64,000 nucleotides of DNA from Escherichia phage VpaE1_ev78. The stretch is taken from sequence record LR597663, one strand, 5' to 3'. Both the position numbers and the translations under genes were made by a program. The number at the start of each line of letters is the position of its first letter. The stretch's first letter is position 1. The notes beneath the pieces are model-generated. The model saw only the letters and a list, made by a program, of their open reading frames with translations. It was not told the DNA's origin and searched no databases. Shown here one piece after another: positions 1-6,236 of the stretch.

Positions 1-57
1 TTGCATATGGCGAATTAATTGATACAGAGCCATCACTATTGTAATTAAAACTTACTG

Positions 58-291
58 TTAACATTTTTCAGTTCTCCTGCGATTTATAATTTTGCTGCAA
101 TAGAGAAACGAAGTAAACTCACTGGAAGAAACCATTAAGTGTTGTTCACTAGATTGAGCCATTGCCCTGAAATACATTCCAGTCAAAGCATCATAGTGAC
201 TATTCTTTCCAATTGAGGTTATATAGCCATGACTCTTTGCAGTTTGATATAAATCTATAATATCTGCGATTTCTAATTGGGAACTACACAT
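58..291 (-). CDS. hypothetical protein (77 aa)
   Basis: Minus-strand ORF with AAGAGGA Shine-Dalgarno about 6 nt upstream of ATG; divergent from the plus-strand early operon. Confidence 0.45.
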   Translation of the reverse strand: MCSSQLEIADIIDLYQTAKSHGYITSIGKNSHYDALTGMYFRAMAQSSEQHLMVSSSEFTSFLYCSKIINRRRTEKC

Positions 292-434
292 AGATAATCC
301 TCTTGTCTTCTGTAATTTTGAAAGAACAGGTACAGACCAATTTCAGAGGATGAATAGTAGATTAACTCTACCCTTTTTGATTCCTTACAGTGATTGGTAT
401 TCTTACCTTTCTTCGGTTTATTTGATTTTCTCAT
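273..434 (-). CDS. hypothetical small basic protein (about 53 aa from internal ATG)
   Basis: ORF 273..455 trimmed to ATG preceded by GGAGA RBS; Lys-rich N-terminus; overlaps start of downstream ORF. Confidence 0.3.
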   Translation of the reverse strand: MRKSNKPKKGKNTNHCKESKRVELIYYSSSEIGLYLFFQNYRRQEDYLCVVPN

Positions 435-529
435 TAAGTCTCCTTTGTAGAACAAGGCAGACCTACAGCTTTAAGTAAGATGGTACAGTAATCCATACAA
501 CAAGTCAAGAACTATTGCAAGTTAAAAAA

Positions 530-575
530 GTTGTTGACAAAGTACTTGACAAGGTGTAGGCTTATAAATACTTAG
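530..575 (+). promoter_or_regulatory. promoter-like element with tandem TTGACA hexamers (GTTGACAAAGTACTTGACAAGGTGT), A/T-rich -10 candidates downstream
   Basis: Two TTGACA boxes 12 nt apart followed by TATAAATA; near-identical copy at about 42018-42048. Confidence 0.45.
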
Positions 576-683
576 AAGATAACTTAAAAGGTTCCTCTAA
601 AAAGGCTATTTAAACAGATATCTTTCTGGATATCTATCTTTTATCTTAAAAGCCTTTTAAGAGGTCTTATAAGAGGCATACCA

Positions 684-1055
684 ATGAAAAACAGAACAAA
701 CAAAGGCCAGTTTAAAAAAGGCCAATCTGGAAACCCATCTGGAAGACCAAAAGGCTCTCGTAACAAAAGTTCACTTGTAAAAGCTCAACTGACCATTGAT
801 AATTCTGCTGAGTTTGCTGCAAAGTTGTTTGAAGCGATTGTTACAAGGGACGCTGCTAAGCTTGCAGAGTTCGGTTTGACGACTGACGATGTAAACCTGA
901 AGTCGATGATGGAAGCTGGTAAAACTATCATGACTCACTCAGCAGGTGAGATGAAAGCGATTGCAGCAGACACTAAGAAGACACCTGATAATGGTGGTCA
1001 GTCTCAGGCAGATAACAAACCAACGTTCTCTGCTGTAGCGACTCTCAAAAAATAA
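684..1055 (+). CDS. hypothetical protein with N-terminal KGQSGNPSGRPKG motif (DUF5681-like, recalled not searched)
   Basis: ATG with AAGAGG RBS; basic Gly/Pro motif at N-terminus, Ala/Lys-rich helical remainder. Confidence 0.65.
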   Translation: MKNRTNKGQFKKGQSGNPSGRPKGSRNKSSLVKAQLTIDNSAEFAAKLFEAIVTRDAAKLAEFGLTTDDVNLKSMMEAGKTIMTHSAGEMKAIAADTKKTPDNGGQSQADNKPTFSAVATLKK

Positions 1056-1067
1056 TTTTAAAAGGTG

Positions 1068-1097
1068 TTGACAGACTCTACAAAGTTGCTCTAAAGT
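1068..1097 (+). promoter_or_regulatory. sigma70-like promoter candidate (TTGACA, 18 nt spacer, TAAAGT)
   Basis: Consensus -35 hexamer read directly; -10 is a weaker match. Confidence 0.45.
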
Positions 1098-1136
1098 CTG
1101 TCACATCAAACAACAAATGAGAGAAGAGAGTAAAAT

Positions 1137-2552
1137 ATGAGCGAATTATTTAAACATGCGCACCTTCATGCAGGTCGAACTGAAAATGGTGCTGTAAACC
1201 ATACTTCATCAATGTCTGCTCTTGTGGACTTTTATAAAGCTGCTGGTTCAAGCCGTAGCAATGTAGAAGTCTTACCAGACCTGTTCTACAAAGCTTTGCG
1301 TGAGGATGTTGATGTTGCAGTTCGTATTTTGCTTCATATGCGAGATGTACGAGAAGGTATGGGTGAGCGTAAAGCCTTCAGAACTGTTTTGCTTCAAGCG
1401 ATTGAAGACAAAGTTTTAGAGCCTGTACAGGTTCTTCGCATTATGGATAAGATTGCAGAACTTGGTCGTTTTGATGACTTCAAAATCTTCGTAGGTACTC
1501 GTTTCGAGACAGATGCCTTCAAACATTTAGAAGCAGCATTACTAGACCCTGCAACAGCAGGTTTGGCAGCCAAGTGGCTACCACGAGTCAAACCACGTCA
1601 TAAGCAGTTTGTAAAACGTTTCTGCAAGTTTGCCAACTTGAGTGAGAAAGAGTACCGCACACTGTTGTCTGCACTATCTGATACAGTTGAGCAAAAAATC
1701 TCTGCTAATGAGTTTGGTAAGATTGACTACAGTAAGATTCCTTCTCTTGCTGCTGCACGTTACCAAAAGCTGTTTAACCGTAAAGATGGAGAGCGTTACA
1801 AAGCTTACATCGAGTCCTTATCAAAGGGTGAGGCTAAGATTAATGCTGGTGCTGTTTACCCATACGATGTGATTAAATCTGTCAAGCATGGTAATGCAGA
1901 TGTTGCTAATGAGCAGTGGAAAGCACTACCAAACTGGATGGCAGAAGGTGAAAACATCTTATGTATGACTGATGTTTCAAGCTCAATGTCTTGGGTGAAT
2001 TTTGGCTCCATTACTGCTCTTGATATTGGTGTATCACTTGCCTTGTATGTAGCAGAACGCAATACAGGTTGCTTTAAGGATGAGTTGATGGTTTATTCAA
2101 CAAACCCTCACTTCATCGAACTGAGTGGTGATTTACGAAACCGTCATCGTCAGGTGATGCGACACGTTGAATATGGCTCAACCAACTTACAAGCAGCTTT
2201 TGACCGCATTCTTGAGATAGGTAAGAGAAACAACTTGACTCAGGAAGATATGCCAAGTAAGCTTATCATCTTCTCCGATATGGAGTTCAATCAGGTTGAT
2301 GGAGCTAACGGTCGTACAAACTTTGAAGCAATTCAGAGCAAGTACAAGAAAGCTGGATATGAGATGCCACAACTGGTATTCTGGTACTTAGCAAACCGTA
2401 ATGGTACTTGCGAAGTGTCTGTTAAGGATAACGGTGTAGCAATGGTATCTGGTTTCTCTCCAGCCACTTTAAAAGCTCTGCTTGGTGGTGAGAAGTTTGA
2501 CCCAATCAGCGTAATGCTCAAAGCAGTAATGATTGACCGCTATATCTGGTAA
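1137..2552 (+). CDS. vWA-domain protein with MIDAS motif and N-terminal helical domain (DUF2828-like / Ro60-like architecture)
   Basis: C-terminal half contains DxSxS (TDVSSSM), a conserved Thr (GSTNL) and Asp (FSDMEF) typical of vWA MIDAS; N-terminal 260 aa predicted helical; RBS GAGAAGAGAG upstream. Confidence 0.75.
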   Translation: MSELFKHAHLHAGRTENGAVNHTSSMSALVDFYKAAGSSRSNVEVLPDLFYKALREDVDVAVRILLHMRDVREGMGERKAFRTVLLQAIEDKVLEPVQVLRIMDKIAELGRFDDFKIFVGTRFETDAFKHLEAALLDPATAGLAAKWLPRVKPRHKQFVKRFCKFANLSEKEYRTLLSALSDTVEQKISANEFGKIDYSKIPSLAAARYQKLFNRKDGERYKAYIESLSKGEAKINAGAVYPYDVIKSVKHGNADVANEQWKALPNWMAEGENILCMTDVSSSMSWVNFGSITALDIGVSLALYVAERNTGCFKDELMVYSTNPHFIELSGDLRNRHRQVMRHVEYGSTNLQAAFDRILEIGKRNNLTQEDMPSKLIIFSDMEFNQVDGANGRTNFEAIQSKYKKAGYEMPQLVFWYLANRNGTCEVSVKDNGVAMVSGFSPATLKALLGGEKFDPISVMLKAVMIDRYIW

Positions 2553-2569
2553 AAAGTTTTAAAAAGGGT

Positions 2570-2598
2570 ATTGACAATGTGTTTAATACCCTTTAATA
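2570..2598 (+). promoter_or_regulatory. sigma70-like promoter (TTGACA, 17 nt, TAATAT); -35 sits inside inverted repeat AAGGGTATT / AATACCCTT
   Basis: Hexamers and spacing read directly from sequence. Confidence 0.55.
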
Positions 2599-2661
2599 TG
2601 TTCTACATAGAAACGAAATGAGAGCTTTTCTAAGATACTGAAAAATATTTTAAAAAAGTTC

Positions 2662-2691
2662 TTGACAATCACTAAAAAATAATGTTAAAGT
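2662..2691 (+). promoter_or_regulatory. sigma70-like promoter upstream of tRNA array (TTGACA, 17-18 nt, TTAAAG/TAAAGT)
   Basis: Consensus -35, approximate -10, about 25 nt upstream of first tRNA. Confidence 0.5.
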
Positions 2692-2716
2692 GGTTACATA
2701 GAGTTTGAAAAGTTTA

Positions 2717-2794
2717 TCTCTGTTTAGCTCAGCTTGGTAGAGCGTTCCGTTTGGGGCGGTAAGGCCGGAGGTTCAAGTCCTCCAACAGAGACCA
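2717..2794 (+). tRNA. tRNA-Pro (anticodon TGG)
   Basis: Hand-folded cloverleaf: 7-bp acceptor CTCTGTT/AACAGAG, D-loop AGCTTGGTAG, T-arm GGAGG-TTCAAGT-CCTCC, anticodon loop TTTGGGG, CCA encoded. Confidence 0.7.
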
Positions 2795-2801
2795 AATTAA
2801 T

Positions 2802-2879
2802 GTTCCAGTAGACAAAATGGTAAAGTCACCACTCTTTCAAAGTGGATATCTGAGGGTTCAAATCCCTTCTGGAACGCCA
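2802..2879 (+). tRNA. tRNA-Glu (anticodon TTC)
   Basis: Acceptor GTTCCAG/CTGGAAC, anticodon arm CCACT-CTTTCAA-AGTGG, T-loop TTCAAAT, CCA encoded. Confidence 0.7.
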
Positions 2880-2885
2880 GTTTTG

Positions 2886-2910
2886 ACAGAAGACCAATTG
2901 CAGCAAACTT
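2886..2910 (+). repeat. tRNA-spacer motif ACAGAAGACC-N5-CAGCAA, copy 1; followed about 60 nt later by GGTCTGG
   Basis: Motif recurs at about 3053, 3449 and 3535, partial copy near 6168. Confidence 0.6.
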
Positions 2911-2970
2911 AATCTTATTCATCTGAAGGTAAATCGGACAAAGAAGAGATTTGGTCTGGTCATTAAGAAT

Positions 2971-3047
2971 TGCGGGTATAGAGAAAGGGCGTCTCACATG
3001 TCTCATTAGCATGGTATCGGCAGGTTCGACTCCTGCACCCGCCTCCA
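2971..3047 (+). tRNA. tRNA with CAT anticodon (Met / initiator / Ile-lysidine type undetermined)
   Basis: T-arm GCAGG-TTCGACT-CCTGC, acceptor with 1:72 mismatch, anticodon stem built on palindromic CATG; position 37 appears to be T, which is atypical. Confidence 0.5.
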
Positions 3048-3052
3048 AATTT

Positions 3053-3077
3053 ACAGAAGACCGTTTACAGCAATATT
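3053..3077 (+). repeat. tRNA-spacer motif ACAGAAGACC-N5-CAGCAA, copy 2
   Basis: TTACAGAAGACCGTTTACAGCAA; GGTCTGG about 58 nt downstream. Confidence 0.6.
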
Positions 3078-3131
3078 TATTAAATTTTTAGCGGAAAAAA
3101 TTGAAAGATACGGTCTGGTAACACTAAACAT

Positions 3132-3208
3132 GGTTAGGAAGCACATAAGGTATGTGCGGTCGCCTGTTAAGCGAATGGCACAGGGTTCGAATCCCTGACT
3201 AACCGCCA
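3132..3208 (+). tRNA. tRNA-Asn (anticodon GTT)
   Basis: Acceptor GGTTAGG/ACTAACC, anticodon loop CTGTTAA, T-arm CAGGG-TTCGAAT-CCCTG, CCA encoded. Confidence 0.7.
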
Positions 3209-3217
3209 AATTTAAAT

Positions 3218-3305
3218 GTGTCGTTATCCCGTAGATGGTAGCGGTGGGGACTGTAAATCCCTTGTCATTGAGACTCGGTAGGTTCGACTCCTACACGGCA
3301 CACCA
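3218..3305 (+). tRNA. tRNA-Tyr (anticodon GTA), long variable arm
   Basis: 88 nt; acceptor GTGTCGT/ACGGCAC, anticodon arm GGGGA-CTGTAAA-TCCCT, T-loop TTCGACT. Confidence 0.7.
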
Positions 3306-3310
3306 ATAAA

Positions 3311-3388
3311 GGTTATGTAGTTTAATTTGGTTAAAATACTCCCCTGTCACGGGAGATGATGAGGGTTCAAATCCCTTCGTAACCGCCA
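3311..3388 (+). tRNA. tRNA-Asp (anticodon GTC)
   Basis: Acceptor GGTTATG/CGTAACC, anticodon arm CTCCC-CTGTCAC-GGGAG, T-loop TTCAAAT. Confidence 0.7.
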
Positions 3389-3448
3389 ATTTTGAGAGGG
3401 CTATTTAGCCCCTCCCTTAAAGAGTTCTTACGAGTATTCTTTAAAGGA

Positions 3449-3472
3449 GCAGAAGACCAAATACAGCAAGTT
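3449..3472 (+). repeat. tRNA-spacer motif, copy 3 (GCAGAAGACCAAATACAGCAA)
   Basis: Same motif family; GGTCTGG about 67 nt downstream. Confidence 0.55.
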
Positions 3473-3534
3473 ATTTAAAATTTCAAGCCAATTTAATTTT
3501 GAAAAATTTAAAACTTGGTCTGGCTCAACAAATT

Positions 3535-3560
3535 TACAGAAGACCGTTTACAGCAAAACT
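3535..3560 (+). repeat. tRNA-spacer motif, copy 4 (TTACAGAAGACCGTTTACAGCAA)
   Basis: Identical core to copy 2. Confidence 0.6.
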
Positions 3561-3591
3561 TAACAATCTATTTCTCCGGTAAAGAAAAGGC

Positions 3592-3626
3592 GAAGGTTCG
3601 ATTCCTTCACTCGGCAGATGTCGAGT
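3592..3626 (+). ncRNA. tRNA-like minihelix: canonical T-arm (GAAGG-TTCGATT-CCTTC) directly followed by a 7-bp acceptor-like hairpin (ACTCGGC-AGAT-GTCGAGT); no D or anticodon arm found
   Basis: T-loop consensus present but no complementary 5-prime acceptor strand within 120 nt upstream; complementary strand lies immediately downstream. Confidence 0.4.
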
Positions 3627-3668
3627 TGGTGTAATGGTAGTACTTAAGATGATAAACAACGGTCTGGT

Positions 3669-3688
3669 AATTATCTTTGTAGATAAGT
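3669..3688 (+). repeat. hairpin element TTATCT-TTGT-AGATAA preceded by GGTCTGG
   Basis: Second copy with inverted loop (TTATCT-ACAA-AGATAA) at about 3795-3810; the two flank roughly 105 nt. Confidence 0.55.
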
Positions 3689-3792
3689 TATTAAGCTTAC
3701 CTGTGAGTATGCGACCACAAAGGGTGAAAGGGTAAATTCTAGATTTAAACCCAAAAAGGCACATCGCTACAGACCTTAAGCAAGTCTGGGTA

Positions 3793-3812
3793 GCTTATCT
3801 ACAAAGATAATT
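3793..3812 (+). repeat. hairpin element TTATCT-ACAA-AGATAA, second copy, preceded by GTCTGGG
   Basis: Reverse complement of the copy at 3669-3688. Confidence 0.55.
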
Positions 3813-3816
3813 TAAT

Positions 3817-3892
3817 GGAAGTGTAGCAGAATGGTGATGCGGCAGACTTTTAATCTGACAGGCGATGGGTTCGAATCCCTCCACTTCTACCA
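3817..3892 (+). tRNA. tRNA-Lys (anticodon TTT)
   Basis: Acceptor GGAAGTG/CACTTCT, anticodon loop CTTTTAA, T-loop TTCGAAT; two outer T-stem mismatches. Confidence 0.6.
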
Positions 3893-3896
3893 ATAT

Positions 3897-3973
3897 GGTT
3901 CAGTCGCAGATAAGGTAATGCAAGGGTCTCATAAGCCCTATGAATGTGGGTTCGATTCCCATCTGAACCTCCA
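3897..3973 (+). tRNA. tRNA-Met (anticodon CAT)
   Basis: Acceptor GGTTCAG/CTGAACC, anticodon arm AGGGT-CTCATAA-GCCCT, T-loop TTCGATT, CCA encoded. Confidence 0.65.
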
Positions 3974-3974
3974 A

Positions 3975-4050
3975 GCTGGTATAGTTAAGAAGGTTATAAC
4001 ACTCCCCTGATAAGGGAACATCGGTGGTTCGATTCCACCTACCAGTACCA
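3975..4050 (+). tRNA. tRNA-Ile (anticodon GAT)
   Basis: Acceptor GCTGGTA/TACCAGT, anticodon loop CTGATAA, T-arm GGTGG-TTCGATT-CCACC. Confidence 0.65.
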
Positions 4051-4065
4051 ATTTCAATAAAGTTG

Positions 4066-4094
4066 TTGACATTGAGATGTGACTACTTTATAGT
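4066..4094 (+). promoter_or_regulatory. sigma70-like promoter (TTGACA, 17 nt, TATAGT)
   Basis: Near-consensus hexamers with 17-nt spacer inside the tRNA array. Confidence 0.6.
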
Positions 4095-4298
4095 AACCTT
4101 AGTTTTCGTTGCGTAGCGTCTATTTTGCAAATTTAAAATAAATGCAAACGACAATGTTTTTCTGGCAGTAGCTTGATAGGCTAAACACCAGTGAGGTCTT
4201 CCAATCCCTCATCAAAGAATTTGGCGTACTCGCCCACGGTATGATTAATAAGGTGGGCATCTTTAAGGGCTTTCTAAGAGAGTCTTTAAAGATAATTA

Positions 4299-4380
4299 CG
4301 GGGCGTATCTCAGCGGTCTTCTAAACCGCCGTTAACCGAGTAAGTGGAGTATGCGGGTTCGAGTCCTGCCGCCTCGACCA
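4299..4380 (+). tRNA. atypical tRNA-like gene (82 nt): acceptor and T-arm canonical, anticodon-like hairpin with loop CTTCTAA (TCT, Arg-like), no recognisable D-arm, 23-nt extra region
   Basis: Acceptor CGGGGCG/CGCCTCG, T-arm GCGGG-TTCGAGT-CCTGC, CCA encoded; the only strong internal hairpin is GCGGT-CTTCTAA-ACCGC right after positions 8-9. Confidence 0.45.
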
Positions 4381-4394
4381 ATTTTGGAGAAATC

Positions 4395-4742
4395 ATGAAA
4401 ACTTGTATTAGGTGCAAACTTAGCAAGGATGAAAATGATTTCTACATGAAAGATGGTAGGAGAACTCATTCATACTGTAAAAAGTGTGTTAATGAGCAAA
4501 CCATAGAAAGACAAAGAGCACTTAAACTCTCAGCTATTGAGTACAAAGGTGGGGTTTGTCACGATTGTGGTAAAAAGTATCATCCAGCAGTGTATGACTT
4601 CCATCATTTGAATCCTTCAGAGAAAGATTTTAACATTGGTCATAGGAAAAGCCTTAAGTTCTCTCAAGAACTAAAAGATGAACTTGACAAATGTGTTTTG
4701 CTATGTTCAAATTGCCATAGGGTAAGACATGCAAAGTATTAG
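4395..4742 (+). CDS. HNH homing endonuclease
   Basis: Motif DFHHLNPSEKDF...CVLLCSNCHRVRH; ORF-track start lies inside the upstream tRNA, so trimmed to ATG at 4395 (RBS GGAGA). Confidence 0.8.
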   Translation: MKTCIRCKLSKDENDFYMKDGRRTHSYCKKCVNEQTIERQRALKLSAIEYKGGVCHDCGKKYHPAVYDFHHLNPSEKDFNIGHRKSLKFSQELKDELDKCVLLCSNCHRVRHAKY

Positions 4743-4885
4743 TTAGCAGATTACTTAGACGACCTAAGCGGGTCTTCCTGTAGGGAGGTGGTCTGTATCT
4801 CATGTTTTCCAGAACATGTAAATAATCTGAGAAGAAGCTTGACAGTGTTGAGATAACAGGGTAAGCTTCGAATTATAGTTTTAAT

Positions 4886-4956
4886 AGGGGTGAGCTATGG
4901 CAGCAATAGAGTCTCCAAAATTCTTGATTAGAGTTCGAATCTCTACACCCCTGCCA
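4886..4956 (+). tRNA. tRNA-Trp (anticodon CCA), short with reduced D-arm
   Basis: Acceptor AGGGGTG/CACCCCT, anticodon arm AGAGT-CTCCAAA-ATTCT, T-arm TAGAG-TTCGAAT-CTCTA; about 71 nt. Confidence 0.55.
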
Positions 4957-4970
4957 GAACAGGTGCTTGT

Positions 4971-5375
4971 ATGAAACTTTGTAGAAAATGTTCTCAAGAA
5001 AAGCCTTTAAGCTGCTTTCATAAAAGAGGTAATGGCTATCAGTCTGCTTGCAAAGATTGTAAAGCTAAGTACTCAGCAAAGAGATACAAAGAAGACCCTA
5101 CTTATAAAGCAAAAAGAAAAGTTAGGGCAAAATATGACAAAAAGAGGAACAGAGAGTTCCTTAGTAGATATAAAAAGTTTTGCAAATGCAGAATATGTGG
5201 CGAATCTGAGCCAGTAGCTTTGGATTTTCATCACTTAGACCCTAAAGAGAAAGATTTTGCTCCAAGCAATCTTAAAACTTACTCTAGGGGCACTATTAAG
5301 CGTGAAGTCCGTAAGTGTGTTGTGCTTTGTTCAAACTGTCATAGGAAAGTTCATGAAGGACTGTTAAGTATTTAA
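4971..5375 (+). CDS. HNH homing endonuclease (paralogue of 4395..4742)
   Basis: Motif DFHHLDPKEKDF...CVVLCSNCHRKVH; RBS AGGTG. Confidence 0.8.
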   Translation: MKLCRKCSQEKPLSCFHKRGNGYQSACKDCKAKYSAKRYKEDPTYKAKRKVRAKYDKKRNREFLSRYKKFCKCRICGESEPVALDFHHLDPKEKDFAPSNLKTYSRGTIKREVRKCVVLCSNCHRKVHEGLLSI

Positions 5376-5388
5376 CAGTCTTATTAGG

Positions 5389-5476
5389 GGTAGGTAGCGG
5401 CTAATGGTAGCCAAACTGTCTTGAAAACAGTTGCCACTGTAGAGATACGGTGAGGGTTCGACTCCTTTACTTACCG
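5389..5476 (+). tRNA. tRNA-Ser (anticodon TGA), long variable arm
   Basis: Acceptor GGTAGGT/ACTTACC, anticodon arm ACTGT-CTTGAAA-ACAGT, T-loop TTCGACT; CCA not encoded. Confidence 0.65.
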
Positions 5477-5633
5477 CCTAATAAGATTTAAAGCCAAGCT
5501 TCATTCGGATGTTGCTTTGGTATCCCGCGTGTATTGTTGTACACACTGATAAAGCACCTAGTAGGTGTCACGGAGAAGAGATAATATCAAGCTCTCCAAA
5601 GGTTCTAGTCACCGGATTAAACAAGACTATGCA

Positions 5634-5654
5634 AAGACCTTTTTAGGTCTTTTT
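5634..5654 (+). terminator. possible intrinsic terminator or processing hairpin (AAGACC-TTTTTA-GGTCTT plus TTTT)
   Basis: Short hairpin followed by T-run inside the tRNA array. Confidence 0.3.
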
Positions 5655-5733
5655 AGAGGGCTTCTAAGGTTATTACAGCTTGTTGTGGAACCTTGTTGCT
5701 TAGGTTCTTAGAAGTTCTCTAAAAAGATTTAAT

Positions 5734-5811
5734 GGGAGATTGACGGTAATTGGTAAACCTATCTCGCTTAGAACGAGATGTTTGAGGGTTCGAATCCCTT
5801 GTCTCCTACCA
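5734..5811 (+). tRNA. tRNA with TAG anticodon (nominally Leu) but type-I short variable arm
   Basis: Acceptor GGGAGAT/GTCTCCT, anticodon arm TCTCG-CTTAGAA-CGAGA, T-arm GAGGG-TTCGAAT-CCCTT; variable region about 5 nt. Confidence 0.55.
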
Positions 5812-5818
5812 AATTAAT

Positions 5819-5894
5819 GCAGGTGTAGCAAAATGGTTATGCGGCTGACTCTTAATCAGTAAGACGATGGGTTCAATTCCCTCCACCTGTACCA
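5819..5894 (+). tRNA. tRNA-Lys (anticodon CTT)
   Basis: Acceptor GCAGGTG/CACCTGT, anticodon loop CTCTTAA, T-loop TTCAATT; similar to the 3817 tRNA. Confidence 0.6.
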
Positions 5895-5899
5895 AAAAT

Positions 5900-5975
5900 G
5901 GGGTCATAGTTTATATGGTTAAAATTCGAGTTTTGCAAACTTGGGAACTGAGTTCAATTCTCAGTGACTCCACCA
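5900..5975 (+). tRNA. tRNA-Ala (anticodon TGC)
   Basis: Acceptor GGGGTCA/TGACTCC, anticodon arm CGAGT-TTTGCAA-ACTTG, T-arm CTGAG-TTCAATT-CTCAG. Confidence 0.65.
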
Positions 5976-5981
5976 ATTAGT

Positions 5982-6056
5982 GCATCCATAGTTTAAACGG
6001 GAAAATTACAGTCTTCCAAACTGAGGTTGAGGGTTCGATTCCCTCTGGATGCTCCA
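5982..6056 (+). tRNA. tRNA-Gly (anticodon TCC)
   Basis: Acceptor GCATCCA/TGGATGC, anticodon loop CTTCCAA, T-arm GAGGG-TTCGATT-CCCTC. Confidence 0.65.
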
Positions 6057-6063
6057 AATTAAT

Positions 6064-6139
6064 GCTCCTATCGTATAATTGGCTATTACGGTTGCCTTGT
6101 AAGTAACTTATCAGGGTTCGAATCCTTGTGGGAGCACCA
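6064..6139 (+). tRNA. tRNA-Thr (anticodon TGT)
   Basis: Acceptor GCTCCTA/TGGGAGC, anticodon arm GTTGC-CTTGTAA-GTAAC, T-loop TTCGAAT. Confidence 0.65.
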
Positions 6140-6236
6140 ATTTAGAGGTCAAGTGAAAGACCGCTTTGAGTCAACTGAAGACCGTAACAAATTCCACGGA
6201 GTTGAGTTAGCGGCACAACTCCAGACCTCTTCTCAC

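Noticed and set aside
2797-3048. Minus-strand ORF (83 aa) from the ORF track
   Set aside because: Lies entirely across tRNA-Glu and the CAT-anticodon tRNA; T-loop and acceptor structure show the region is tRNA-coding on the plus strand
3534-3764. Minus-strand ORF (76 aa)
   Set aside because: Overlaps reiterated spacer motifs and hairpin repeats in the tRNA array; no RBS; more likely non-coding
4344-4394. N-terminal extension of HNH endonuclease given by the ORF track (MEYAGSSPAASTNFGEI)
   Set aside because: These codons lie inside the acceptor and T-arm of the upstream tRNA-like gene; a properly spaced RBS precedes the ATG at 4395
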